Positions 39,450 through 53,671 of a stretch of 64,000 nt of DNA are shown piece by piece. Under the pieces are notes generated by a model. The model was given only the letters and a program-made list of their open reading frames with translations. It did no database searches and was not told the DNA's origin. Both the position numbers and the translations under genes were made by a program. Source of the DNA: Eledone cirrhosa (taxonomy: Eukaryota). Position 1 is the stretch's first letter. Every line of letters begins with the position of its first letter. The DNA lies in the NCBI GenBank assembly GCA_964016885.1, contig OZ024741.1:177816001-177880000 (forward strand), read 5' to 3'.

Positions 39450-39821
39450 TAATAATTGTTTCTACTTTTAGCACCATTCCAGCAATTATTCCAGTGCATT
39501 ACTGGTACTTTATTTTATCAACTCCGTAAGACGGGATTTGAACCCAGACTGTAAAGAGCCGTAAATCTATGCTGCAAAGCATGGTGTCCGACGCTCTTCT
39601 GATTCTGGCACCGCCCCTATCTACTCTCCACTATATCTAGTAATAATTGTTTTTACTTTTGGCACAAGGCCAGCAATTATCCCAATACTGGTACTTTATT
39701 TTATCGACCCCGTAAGGATGAAAAGCAAAGCAAACCTCGGCGGGATTTGAACTCAGACTATAAAGGGGCGTAGCTCTATGTTGCGAAGCATGGCGTCCGA
39801 CCTTCTATCGATACTGCCAAT
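39450..39821 (-). mobile_element. Two tandem SINE copies (39450-39617, 39640-39821)
   Basis: Both match the reverse complement of the 43548-43730 SINE. Confidence 0.85.
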
Positions 39822-41679
39822 CATGTTTTGAAGTCAGGTACATATTTTATCGATCTATATTAGTTGAAGTTCTGAATTCATAGGAAAAAGCCTCTCCCAA
39901 ATCAATTTTTATTTCATTAATAGGGAGATTTTCCGTAAAATATAAATGCAGATTCTACTATTTGTGGAGAAATATAAGGGTTTCATGTTTTAATGAGAAT
40001 CTCTTATAAGATCCACGACAAAAAATAAGACGCAGTAAATATATTTATTAACAAAATTTGTAGGTCAAGAGTTCTCCTCAAATGCTAACATGACTAAATA
40101 GGTTTATTTGCTGATTTTAAAAAGTATTCATTAGCTATTAATTGAATAGCTTCGTAAAATATTTTTTAATTACTTAATTTATTAAGAAGAACACCTAGAA
40201 TTAAATTTTAAAAAGATTTCTAAATCTTTCCAATGAATCCAAGCTGATCTAAATACAAGATCTTCTCTGTGGATAATTTCCCTTATTTATTAGCTCTGGG
40301 AAAAGCATTTTGTTATTGAGCGAATGAAGGAATCTCTTGCCGCTCGACGGTAATACATGTTAGAGTGTTATCAGACCAATCTCTACTGTTTTCAAAGAGG
40401 ATACATTGCATAATTTAACTCCTACAAGGTCATACAATTTTGGAGATATCGGCGTGTCATTTCACTATCGACTAGAGTAGTGGTACAGGGTGGCTATAAG
40501 CTGTGTTGGAGCGCTATATCAAATATTTATTTTAATTTTTGAGGCGACGAAGAGAGAGAGTGAGAGGGATAGAGACACAGGATGCGTTCATACCTAGAAG
40601 GGAATAGGCTCCACCTGGTCGAAAATACCCTAGGCGATGGCCTTACGACTCCAGTGTTCGTGTGGTAGCCATTTATTTACCACTAGTCGGTTCAATAGAT
40701 ACAGCTGTAAATAGAGATCACGGTTCAAGACATCACACCTTCTTTAAGAGAACCAGCGTAACATTCATTTGAAAATTTGTTTTCAAGGCTGTGCATAGGA
40801 GTGTGTATGAATATTTATGGACCCATAACATTCTGACCGACACGTAGGGACGTCGTAATGAAATACAGCATGTCTTGGGAATTTTAATGCTAATGAAGCG
40901 CATCTCTTATCCAGGTCTGAAAACAGCAGATATATCCATAGAAGGGGAGAGGGAGACAGAATGATAGAGTGGTATAAAGAATCGGAAGGATGAAAGGCAA
41001 TATTAGACTCAGCACAGAAAGCCGGAATAAAAACAGCAACGCTTTCTATTCAACGTTTAATAATTCAGACAATTCGTCGCCTTGTGTATAGGAATAGATA
41101 AGCGAAACATATCAACTCATTTTACTAATCAAGAGTCCTGTAAATATATCTTGTAAAGTATCACTCACAACACTGTCTAATGCTGTTCGCAAATTCCCCC
41201 CAAAATATATATTATCATAATTGTATGAAACAGCAAGAAATATTTTTCACAGATTTATTGAAGTAGTTGGATTTAAATTACAAAGACGTGGAGCTGTTTC
41301 CGCCATAGTAAAATTGGGAAAAGGAAAAAAAATCAAAACTTTCAAATTATATTACAATAGAAGACGTCCACTCAGAGACAATGGTATAATTATTCTTATT
41401 AGCCTGCAGCTGCAATTCAGACTTGTATAATATAACCTAAATTTTACTATTAATAATGCAATTTTAAAGCAGGCAAAAGACGGTTTTATTTTGTAGAGAA
41501 AGAACGCTAGAAAATAATATGGTAAAATATATTGCGTATGTGCATAAATACATTTCGTTGGTTTTGTGTGCGGTAAATATATGTAACGTTGTAAGGAAGT
41601 ATAATTATCTTAAATATCTAAAACTTTCGAAGTATATTATGCTCAATCGAAATGTAAGTTAAGTGAGAGATATTTTAAT

Positions 41680-42138
41680 ATTTGTGCTGAATGGGTAATG
41701 ACCAAAAGAATACAATCGCGAATACAAGTGGTCGAAATAGGGTTTCTCCGAAAGGTCTTCCAGTAACGCTACTCGATAAGGTACACTCCAACTACTTTAC
41801 TATTCACTCCAACTATAACCGCTACTTCTCCGAATTGAAAGATCATAGCTCCAATAGTATAGGCATGGGGTTAGAATCTCTCAAGAAAGAATCACTAGAA
41901 AGATTGTACGGGAAAAACTAAACAACAGGTAGGAGACCCAGGGTTAGACTTGAACACGATGGCTACATCCATGAGCTTGGCTGGTCTCACTTGGGGATCC
42001 AGCCGGATCAGGTGGAGATGGTTGCTTCTGACAGAACCCGCTGGAAGGAGTGTTCGAGGAATATGCCCTCACGACCCTCTCGGGAAGAAGTAAGCGAAGA
42101 AGAAGAAGAAGAAGAAGAAGAAGAAGAAGATCCAGTAG

Positions 42139-42200
<62 letters not shown>
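41680..42200 (+). mobile_element. RTE-clade LINE 3' end with (GAA)n/(GTA)n tail
   Basis: WVMTKRIQSRIQVVEIGFLRKV...TLLDKV...GRRPR..TRW..YI-like residues followed by trinucleotide tails at 42096-42200. Confidence 0.65.
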
Positions 42201-42201
<1 letters not shown>

Positions 42202-43019
42202 CAGCATTAACACCACTTCAAAAAGCTGTTAATATTTATAAGTAAAATATACTGATAAAACAAAGTGGCAATCTATTTTAGGTTGGCGGAATAGGTAGAA
42301 TTGTGAACAATTGTTTGTGATGTTTCTCCCTGCTCAATATGTTCCGAGTATCCAGCTATATGCGGTAGATGTGTATTTATGTAACTGGCAATAAAGTTTG
42401 TTGTAATAATTACAGAAAGGGGAAAAACAAGAAGACATCATTTTACTATTCTATGAATGTTCCCTACAAGCGCTTGTCTTGGAACCCACCAGTAGCATCT
42501 AAATGAAACGAGATGAGCAATAATGATTGTAAAATCTTCGGTCCATACTTGTATTTAAACTTCCATCTCTTTTGCACGGGATCTATTTTAGAATTTAAGA
42601 AATGTGCACCTTTCTCGAGATTATAAGAAAGGATTAAAATTCGCACTCACTACATAGGTATTTAATTTCATATGGAGCAGGTTAGATTAGCTCACATATT
42701 TTATTAATTTTCTTGGCTGCTGAGGGAAGTAAAGAAATTTTAAGCTCTGAATACAGAGTATTGAAAGTAAATACAGTATTAACAATAATTCCTCTACTAT
42801 ACCGTTTCTGATATTCAAACACAATACTTGAATACTAATAGGTGTTTATCATTAGCTTTTCTATTATTCTTCCCTGGAAACCGAAAGAAAATAATAGCGA
42901 CGATGTTTCCCCAAGAGTGTTAATTGGGAGGTTAACTGATTCCACAATAGCAACGCTGAAACTCTGAGACACTATTGCATCATTAGTATCTCACTTCTTG
43001 TTCTACATCAATATAAAGA

Positions 43020-43115
43020 TTTGACTTTGCCTTTCATCCTTACGGGGGTCGATAAAATAAAGTACCAATAATAAACTGGGTAATTGCTGGGCTTGTGCCT
43101 AAAGTAGAAACAAAT
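43020..43115 (+). mobile_element. SINE 3' half
   Basis: TTGACTTTGCCTTTCATCCTTACGGGGGTCGATAAAATAAAGTACC...GTAGAAACAA. Confidence 0.8.
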
Positions 43116-43547
43116 ATGAAGATAATCATTTCTGACCTAAATACAAGTGCAATTTACCCGGTGGAGAAACCTGTGACAGGATTCTAACGTTATGTATTAT
43201 TTTGCTCAAACATCAAGTGAATAAATAGTTATCCTACTTACGATGTTAACTCAGAACGTGGAAAAACAAAGCAGCCAAAGTTCTTGCTAACACTCTACAT
43301 ATTTAGGCAAAAACGAACACAAAGTTGCAGCTGCGATTACCATTTTTCGGAATCCGTCTTCTGAAGCTGGCACGGAGCGAAGAGCACTCAATGGGGTGAT
43401 ATTGATAAATCGATAAATTATAGCTCAGAGTAATAACAATACGGTTGGGGTGTCACAGAGTAAAAATTGCGACCGGAGACACGTTGCCACAAAGCCAACA
43501 CAACAACGAAAGTAAAAACAGGTTAAAAACGAACCTGGACCTGATCA

Positions 43548-43730
43548 TGGATTGGCAGTATCGGTAGAGGGTCGGACGCCATGCTTTCCAGCATAGTTAC
43601 GTCCCTTTACGATCTGAGTTCAAATCCCGCCGAGGTTGACTTTGCCTTTCATCCTTACGGGGTCGATAAAATAAAGTACCAGTAATGCACTGGGTAATTG
43701 CTGGCCTTGTGCCTAAAGTAGAAACAATTA
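43548..43730 (+). mobile_element. tRNA-derived SINE
   Basis: Box A TGGCAGTATCGG, box B GAGTTCAAATCC; near-identical to the reverse complement of 4041-4227. Confidence 0.88.
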
Positions 43731-45531
43731 TGTAAATATCTTCGATTGGTTTCTGGAAATCCGAAAGCTACATTCTAAGTTGCATAACATGCAAGCCAGT
43801 AATGTATCAAAAGATGGAACGAGGATATCCCTTTTTGATTTTTTACCCAAACTTTTCAGTTGTAATTTATCTTTCTATCATTTTTGCGATCGAGAAAAAC
43901 AACTTGTACGAATTTTGAAGAAACAAATCAAAACACCCTGAGTTACCATAAATTGGAGCTTGCGGCTCACCTGATGATGAGCCATATCTCATGCAGCCTG
44001 CTTCTCGAAAAAGGATGCCCATGCCTGCTATGGAGTAAGATATCAACTCGGTTATCAAACAAACAATAAATAATATATCAATCAATTAATCGAAGAAGAC
44101 TATCAGTATAGAGCATATGGACACAATCGATTAATCGAAGAATACTACCACTATAGAGCATATGGACACAAAAATAGAAGCTAATACAGTAAATGTTTAA
44201 AAATAATATTTGTCCCGTTTTCAGCTCAAAAACAATGATGTTTAATCGATGTTTATTAAATTTCCCAAACATTTAATTAAAGCCTCATATACACACTCAG
44301 TATATTGTAACATTCTAACCACAGAAGTAACCTTATCGCATTATACTGTCAAATATTCAAATATTTCTGTTATTTAATTTCCATCTGTCTAGTTTAAGAT
44401 ATATGGTTCACACTAAAATATTCAGTGATGTTAATCCATAACGTTCAAAATAACTCACGTCAGTCGTGACAATTTGATTGAATTGAGGCTATAGTCACAT
44501 TTGTTTTTCTTCTTGTTCTCCTGCAGGCACACATTATCAAATTAGAAATAAAGATGCTGTAAGCTTAATGGACGAATTTTCCACCAGTGTTGGTTTGAAC
44601 ATTACTATAACAAATAAAATACATTTCCTCACATTATGATTTCATGACTTCTGATACCAGTGCTCCCAAAGCCGATTCTGGTGTTATGAAATAAATCTAA
44701 CAATTTTAAAGGTTTCTGATCTAAAGTAGCATCTTCGAACACTTTTTACAAAGAAATATATGCAAGTTACCATCGTAGTAACAAAATAAATATTAATCTT
44801 TGTAAATTCCAAAAAACTTTCAATATATGAAATTGAGTTTATTACCTTTTCTCAAATTATTTTCACACCTATAACCTGATATGATTCTATTCAAATATAT
44901 GACAAAAGTAATTAATCTATGCCTACTTTTCACACTAATTTTCTTTTGCTTACTTAACCTATAACAGCTTAATCTCACTAAGTGTATTTTAAAGATTTTG
45001 AAACTTATTTCGGCTAAATCAATAAAAAGGCTCACATGAACAATTTATAAATATATAACAGTTGTGATGTATATAATAACTATATACCAATTTTGCGCGT
45101 TCAATACATTTCATACGTTACCAAAGTATTTGATTTAAACGTTTATATTTTACAGGTCTTGAAATTAATTATTCAAGTCAACATCTATAACCATTAAAAG
45201 TCTTGTTTCATTAATCAGTTTATCAGTTAATATACTTGGCTATTTATATATTAATTTTATTAATTTAATATTTCTTATTATTACTAATTATTTAATATTT
45301 TTAAAATTAAACAAATAATTATAATTTATAAATATTTATCAATATAGAGAGAAGATTATTTTATTATAAAATTATTAATTATTATCTATTATAAATTATC
45401 ATTCATTAAAAGTTGTTATAAATTAATATTTATAAATTATTTCTCTTACAGGTAATCGGGTGGTGCAGCATACTACCCTTTCATATTTATAATTATATAT
45501 AACTCATATATAAGTATAAATACTATTATTA

Positions 45532-45601
<70 letters not shown>

Positions 45602-45605
<4 letters not shown>

Positions 45606-48600
45606 TTACGGGTACTATTTATGGTTATGTATGCAATAAAACCTTTAATGGTAATATATTATATATACAAACCCTAAATAGTGAGAGATGGTTCAAAAAT
45701 ATCATAGATAACAAGGATAAAAAATGTATTCAATTTGATATCAACTCTTACTACACCTCTATTTCCCCTATCCTACTAAATAAGGCACTTATAATGGCCA
45801 TGGACAATGGTGACTTGACTAGACCCCAGATTGATGTCATACTTGCGACCCGTAAAACAATAATCACCTTTGAGGACCAATTATGAACCCGCAAAGATAC
45901 GCAAACAACTTCGACATTACTATGGGGTCTAGTGACTCGGCGCAGGTCACTGATTTGGTTGGCCTATACTTACTTAACCTAATCCACAGGGAACTTCCGT
46001 ACCTCAGCGGTGGTTTGTATCGCGACGATGCACTTCTACTTATAGACTATAACAAATTCAATATAGAAAGGACTAGAAAACTATTGCACAAAACATTCAA
46101 AAACTTTAACCTTAGTATTACCATGGACAAAAACACCTAAAACGTCAACTTCCTAGACGCCACACTCTACTTAGACTCAATGATATATGCACCTTTCCAC
46201 AAACCTAATGAAAAACTCATCTACGTAGATACCAAGTCTAACCACCCTAAATCTATATTGAACTCTATCTCTAAGGGAGTATCTAATAGAATCTCTAATC
46301 TATCCTATGACATAAACACATTTAACAATAACTCGCAGTATTATAATCAGGCATTGGCTAGATCAGGCCATAATACAGGGATAGAGTTCCTACCTACAAA
46401 AACACATAGCTACAACATCATTTCACACAACATGTCCCTGGGAAAATTTAATAATAGGAATAGCAACTGCACACACACTAATAGGGATTGTAACAAAAAG
46501 AGTAACCCGCACCACAGAAATGACCATAGGAACATTAAAGGAAACAAATCACCAGACATAAAAAACAGAAATAGAAGAAGAAATAATACATTTTTCAACC
46601 CTCCTTTCAATTTAAACGTCTCTACCAACCTTCCTAGGGCTTTCTTCTCACTACTAGATAAACACTTCCCATCCGGCCACAGGTACCACGGCCTTTTAAA
46701 CAAAAACACTACTACGCCTAACTTAGCATACCACATAGCTAGTACAAATAAAAGAAAAATTAATTCTTACTTCCAACAAACTAAATCACAACGGTCGATA
46801 AACCTTCAAAATAACATTCAAAATAACAGTCAAAGTAACATTATAACAAATAACCGTAATATCAATGGAAATAATAGTAATAGCACTAGTGTAAACATTA
46901 ACGCTGCGTACCACAACCCGCATAACCATAACCCTATAGCTAACATCCAAACTTCTACACAGCATAGTAACCAGCAGACTAGCACCCAGAGTAATTGTAA
47001 CTGTAGATCAAGTACAACCTGCCCTTTAGATAAAAAATGTTTAACCAAGGATATCATATACTCACGTACAGTCACAACTAACAGCTCTTCTGAAACCTAC
47101 ATAGGCTCCACTTCTAACTGCTTCAAAACTAGATACAATTCGCACCTCCACTCTTTCAAAAAACACAGTCTAGCCAACTCCACTTCACTATCTAGCTACA
47201 TACACTATCTAAAAACTAAAAATAAAATATATACACTTAAATGGGAAGTGGTAGGTAGTGCAACATCGTACAAACCACCTGATAAATTTTGTAACCTCTG
47301 TCTACTAGAGACCCATACTATCATCTTCTCTAAACATAATCTCCTTAATAAACAATCAGAAATGTTCGCAAATTGCCAACACCGCTTCCGACACTCGTTC
47401 CAAAACTTTAAACCCTATATATAATAATGTCAGACTGGAACCGGCACCACCCCTAGCAATTAACATCAGTAGCACACCTTACACCTCACATCCACACCCA
47501 TCTCTATACTCTAAAGATAATACTGACAGCATTTTAGTACCACCTACCCTGGGAATACCCCCTTGTACCTCTAATACTGATATCTCGACCGTGGACTACT
47601 TATTCTGCATTGCACAAATATAAGATTAGTATAAATTGGGGACACGGTACTGGTTGCGATAGCATAGTCCTGTGCATGGATTACCACCAAGAGATAGATT
47701 GATGATTAGATAGATAATCGTATTGTTATGTGAACATATACTGTAAGCGATCAGTTCAATGAATTATGCACGTAATCATCTTGATGTGAACTCCTTTAGT
47801 ACCTATTAATAGACTCCACTCTAGCTTGTAGATGTGATACATAATTGATTTATATTTGAGACGGGGGTTGTCTATTGCTTGATGGCCAGACTAGTGCATT
47901 TATATGAGATATTGGATCTCCGGACCATACCGAAGATTCACTGGAGATGCAGGCATGCAATGACCCTGAGCCTACCGGGTGGCATATATAATAGTGGGAC
48001 CATACCAGGTCCTACTGTTATATTACATTTGCATGGAGCAGTGACTTGAGAGTCTGACTCCTCTTATAGAACGTTCAGATATGACACCCCTTAATTAATG
48101 GATGGTAATCATCCTAATATATACACATTTGTACTTCTTAATGGACAACTCTCTAACCTATAAATGGGTAACATACTCTAGATATTAGTTATAACTTCAC
48201 ATGATAGGCACGTATTTGAATCACCATTAATGTAGTTTAGGATAGTAATGTAACTAAGATAACTAGCTAGTTACCTCCCCTTACGCATTATTACCCCTTA
48301 GTCATTCAGGCACTTCCGGAATCTGGACAGCATGATATATTAATTAAGAACCGACTGGATACGGTTTATAGCTTGACTATATGCTGAACCACCGCGAATT
48401 ATAGGATAGACGCGTGTCCTCTATATATAGTGCGTCTCATGGATTATGTGAGTGGTGGTGTGAGCAGGGACAGTGGTACGGCCTTGCCTATGATACAATA
48501 AGGTTTATAGTATGTTGAAAGTTTTTGATATTTTGGTGTTTCCCCACATCCGAGACTGTATATCATACAGATGTATGAGAATAAATGACTTAATAATTCA

Positions 48601-49036
48601 GCCTACATAACAAGATCGATTGCCTGCTTCAACTGCCTGACCCTGCAAATATCATTCTGACGCACTCTAACCATGTATAAATTAGACATGCGTGCATGCT
48701 ACACGGGAGATTGTTTCATACACTGACTGCTCTAAGCTTTCCTCTTGCTTTATCTTCATAGACTGCCAACGCTTCATGTTTATCTTTATTTTCACTCTTG
48801 TTTTTATTTTATTTTTATCCTGTAACCTTTATATGTAAATTGCCATGCTATATCATTTGATGAATGTCACCCCACTGTTGATCAATATGCGCATATGTTT
48901 TATGTGTCTCTTGGGTTGAAAAGGAGGTCAAGTATGTTATAGATCAGTAAATAGTTGCTCCGAAGAATCCAAACCTCGGTTTGGAGGAAACAATTGTAAG
49001 CAAATAAATGACTTAAACTGAACTTTGATTACTGTA

Positions 49037-49038
<2 letters not shown>
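45602..49038 (+). mobile_element. Naiad-type PLE (RT + GIY-YIG + ~1.6 kb 3' region with HHR)
   Basis: QFDINSYYTSISP, FDITMGSSDSAQVTDLVGLY, YRDD (45883-46140); thumb, CNCRSSTTCPL, DIIY..YIG, CNLC (46180-47424); bounded by (TA)n and (CT)n(TA)n. Confidence 0.92.
48955..49003 (+). ncRNA. Type I hammerhead, CCGAAGA core variant
   Basis: TTGCT-CCGAAGA-aTCCAAACCtcGGTTTGGAg-GAAA-CAATTG-TA-AGCAA. Confidence 0.75.
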
Positions 49039-49116
<78 letters not shown>

Positions 49117-49163
49117 TAAAAGAGAAAACACATGTAAGCATTAAGAGAAGGATTTAATCCAGG

Positions 49164-49265
49164 TATTTACGACCGTTTCATTGGTAAGTGCAACCTTATA
49201 TTGCTATACTGCAAATAGCAGCCACTCAATTATAATTGTTGTTCACAGTCCAAATTTTCAAAATA
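49164..49265 (-). ncRNA. Hammerhead, U3:A8 variant with 75-nt stem II region
   Basis: TATT-TTGAAAA-tTTGG...CCAAt-GAAA-CGGTCG-TA-AATA on minus strand. Confidence 0.55.
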
Positions 49266-49577
49266 GTGGGTTACTCTTGAAATAATTCTTAATATATAGA
49301 GAAAACCATTTATTTGGAATTGTATTTACTAGTATAGAGAGAGAGGAATCAGGAGGTGAGGGGACAGACGGCATAGTATAGAGAGAGAGGAAGGGGGGGA
49401 AAGGTAGGAAGTAGAATGACAAACTGACGTGGAGGTAGGGTAGAGGTGGAAGGATGCTTTGGTCAGTTTTGATAGCAGACATCATGTCGTGGAGTGTAGT
49501 GAGTTAAAGAGAATTAAATAGATAATAGTGGGAGGGATGGATAGAGAGGGAGGGAGAGAGGGGGGAGATATAAAGAG

Positions 49578-49732
<155 letters not shown>

Positions 49733-49766
49733 TACATATACAGACACATACACACATACATATATA

Positions 49767-49807
<41 letters not shown>

Positions 49808-49809
<2 letters not shown>

Positions 49810-50302
49810 CGTTTCTGAATTTGTTTAGCAAGATTCTTTATCTGAAATCGTGTGTTGAAACCGATATTGTTATACTTTGGGAGGGTCATGTTGCCAATAA
49901 AAAACACACGCACCAGTTGCGTTCACTTCAATTTATTATATATTTATAAATTTATAAATTTACAAATCTACAAATTTATAAATTTCTGGTTGGTTGGTTG
50001 GTTCCACAACCAGATAGTTGTTTATATATAGAGAAACAAAATGGCGTAGGACAGAAGAAAGGAAAGGCGCAGAAACAAAAAAGGAATCCCCAGTCACTGA
50101 AGAGGTCACAGAGTGTGTGACGAAAGGACTATGACTATATATAAACAACTATCTGGTTGTGGAACCAACCAACCAACCAACCAACCAGAAATTTATAAAT
50201 TTGTAGATTTGTAAATTTATAAATTTATAAATATATAATAAATTGAAGTGAAAGCAACTGGTGCGTGTGTTTCTTATTGGCAACATGACCCTCCCAAAGT
50301 AT

Positions 50303-50308
<6 letters not shown>
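49808..50308. repeat. Fold-back insert (~160-bp arms) with hammerhead in the spacer
   Basis: ~49865-50031 vs ~50135-50308 inverted; HHR AGTCA-CTGAAGA-gGTCACA...TGTGAC-GAAA-GGAC-TA-TGACT at 50092-50136. Confidence 0.85.
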
Positions 50309-50375
<67 letters not shown>

Positions 50376-51671
50376 CATACACACACACATATACATATAT
50401 ATATATATAAAAAAATAAAAATAAAGATAATAATGACAAAAATAGAAGCAAAGAAGGGGGTGAGAAGGAAGAAAAGAAAATATAGACAAGAAGGGGGAAG
50501 GAAGGAAGAAAACGAAGAAATAGAAGAGGAATGAGGGAGAAGGGGGCGATATATGTATTGGTCTTGTGGGTAATTAAAGGGTCTAGATATAAGAGGGTAT
50601 AAAGTCTAAGTATATGCAGTTTGTCAGTTAGAGGTTAAGGGTTCGATTTGTAGTGCGAAAATTTCTCTTTGAGTCTATGGTTACAATAAATTGATCTCTC
50701 AATTTTATTGTTGAGTAACCTATTCTTCGAACTTAAGATGTGGAACAGCTCAAGGTCGCATAATCGACAGCTTCTCATACCACTCCGATATGGGGGCGCG
50801 TTTGATAACTTTTTCCCCTTCAGGGTGTATTGATGGTTACTTTCCCTCAGTTGCCAGGTCTTGTTTGCAAGGGTAGTTACATAACGGTGCTGGGAATGTT
50901 TTATTGCGTAACGGTGTGTATAGCAACGAGCTATAAAAGTATTCCCAGTCGCTCCGATGTAATACCATTTCTGGTTGTCTGATTCCACTGTGCATTGGTA
51001 AACCAGGTTAGACTGCATACATTCATTTTGTAATGGACAGGTTTCAGGTAGGTGGCAGTTGCATTTCTTGTTATTGGCAACTTTGGCATTATTTGTGGTC
51101 TGCGATGCCTGAACATGTGTGTTACGTTTTGTTTGCCTATTAGCGGGTGGTTGTGTATTAGATATTCTGTTGTGTTCGGTGGTAATTGTATTGTTATTGT
51201 TGTAAATTTGTGTTTTGGTGTTGTTATGTATCTTTTTAGCGTTAAGCATCTTAATGTGTGCTTCTATATTTGGAGCCGTGGAGTAGGATAGTCTAATAGA
51301 TTTAGTGTTAAGGATTTTGCTGTATCTATGTGAATCTGGAAAGTGCCTATTTATTATTCTAAAGGAAGTAGAGGGTAGATTAGTACTAATAGTACTAATA
51401 GACAACTAATGTGAACAACAATTATAATTGAGTGGCTGCTATTTGCAGTATAGCAATATAAGGTTGCACTTACCAATGAAACGGTCGTAAATACCTGGAT
51501 TAAATCCTTCTCTTAATGCTTACCTGTGTTTTCTCTTTTATACTTTATACTCCAAGATTGAACGGAATTCTTACAAACTTGTGGAGTTACCCCTAACCGT
51601 ACGTTGAAACCATCCATGAAACTGGCTTTCTTAACCAAAAACTGGATCACAATAAGCAATTTTTTGCTTCT

Positions 51672-51736
<65 letters not shown>

Positions 51737-52593
51737 AACAAATTGTCGCAAATTCAAAGTGAATGTGTGTTAAGCGTTTATGAAATTATGTGACAGGTGT
51801 GTTGAGTCTATAAAAAATATTATATCATTGTGTCATGAGTATAAGTAAAATTACTTTACGCATATCAATTTAGGTTACAAATACCAACTCTACCTGCAAT
51901 GATAAAATACGGAAAGAATATTGTGTTTCGACCTGCTAAGCATCCCAGTCAATTTGCTATAAAACCTAATACTTTTCAAAACTGAGATCATTGAATAGCA
52001 TAGGATTAACTTTGCTCTGTATTAATGAGACAGAACTGCCACGGCTTAGTCAAGTTTTGTATGCAATATTGTACTCTGATCATCGTCGAAGTAACTAATG
52101 AAAACCAAAAGGTCACGCATGCATATTTGTTGCGATCTTTAACCAATCCGGTGATGTTTGTCTTTTCAATATTTTGAAATTTGAATTTGTTATCGCAGTA
52201 CCTTTCACAAGTTCACAATTCCACTGTCAGTTAGCATCCTCACACTGTACAACTCTTCACTTTCCTCGTTAACATCAATATATCGTGACTCTAATAATCG
52301 AAGTCATATCTCTATTATGACATCACACATCAGTCGGTTATCTAATCCTGAGTTGTTGTTAAAGACAGGAGTTTGTATGTGTATGCACCATATCCGACCG
52401 TCTATCTTTTCACCGTCTAACTGCTCTGCCAGTCTTCTATTTCCTTACGTTTATAACAGTAGGGAGACATTTTCCCTTCCCATTCTGTTGTTTCGGTTTA
52501 ATGAGGAAACGGCTATATATTTTAAAGAGTTAAACAAGATTCAATGAGTACATCAAAGAATGAGTTTTACAGTAGATTGAAAGCACTCTACAG

Positions 52594-52841
52594 TTTTCAG
52601 CTGTAAATATATATATATGTGCGCATTGATCTTAATAAGAGGACTATTATTATCTACATATTCTATATTATTCTCATGACCTGCTCTTTTTAGCGCTTCA
52701 ATGAACTAATGTAATGATCTAATATAATATATGAATAGATCTAATGATCTAATATAATATATGAATAGATAATAAAAATAATAATTTATAGTCCTCTTAT
52801 TAAGATCAATGCACACATATATATATATTTACAGCTGAAAA
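52594..52841. repeat. Inverted repeat (~54-bp arms) with internal 29-bp tandem duplication
   Basis: 52594-52647 vs 52788-52841; TAATGATCTAATATAATATATGAATAGAT occurs twice. Confidence 0.8.
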
Positions 52842-53554
52842 GTCTGGTTTAATTGTTATACTTTAGACACTATAACTATTTAACAATAAATTCCTTGATA
52901 ATTATAACTGTAAATACTTCATAAACTATACATATGGAAAATGTTGACACTGTTACAAGTAATATTGTTAAAGATTACCTTTGCGTGAATATTAAACAGT
53001 ATATATTTTTTCTTTCGCGGGCCTAGTAAATCCTTTAAATTTGATTTTATAAAACTTTGAATTTTAGAAATTTTAGAAATTTAACACATTTATAAAATTT
53101 ATAAAATTTATAACACAAATAACCATCAAATTTAAAAACCTAAAATTATGATTCGTTACCCTAAAATAACATAAATTAGATATTTTGAAACTTAACCGCC
53201 AAGGCTATATATGTTTATATATTTGTCTGAAGAATATTTGTGCATAAATTACTCCCCTTTGTCTCTCTCTCTTTAATTATCTATCAGTTGCATTCTCAAA
53301 CTAAAAACTAAAAATAATTATAACTCCAGATATCTATAGTCTTCCTCTATAGTCCTAAAGTAGCATTTCAAACTTTAATAACTCTATAACTGTTACATTA
53401 AAGCAATATTTTTCTTACTCATACCCTCTCTATTGATTCTATTACGTTTTCCCATGTTCTCATTTGTAGGGTATAAATATTGAGTTTTCTCACAAGTTAA
53501 TCACGACTTTGATTAACCATTTAACATATCAGGGTATGTCATGTATCATTTTAG

Positions 53555-53616
53555 TTTATCTGATGAGGACGTACTATTGAACTTGATGCAAGTACCTCTG
53601 AAATATGTATAATAAA
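53555..53616 (+). ncRNA. Type I hammerhead ribozyme
   Basis: TTTAT-CTGATGA-GGAcGTACT...AGTACcTCT-GAAA-TATGTA-TA-ATAAA. Confidence 0.78.
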
Positions 53617-53671
53617 ATTTAATTAATCGAAAGAACATCTATTTTATTAATATTTGAATTTAATATATATA

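Noticed and set aside
43548-43630. tRNA gene
   Set aside because: Has boxes A and B but no cloverleaf; it is the head of a multi-copy SINE
43880-44700. Plus-strand exon candidates (donor near 44035, acceptor near 44526) and one at 10155-10220
   Set aside because: Splice-like signals present but frames are short or stopped and no recognisable protein; unsupported without RNA data
45870-45900. In-frame TGA in Naiad RT as possible selenocysteine (selenoprotein Naiads are known)
   Set aside because: Aligns to a Trp (YWVRKD in the paralog), so TGG to TGA decay; the CNC/CxxC cysteines are ordinary TGY codons
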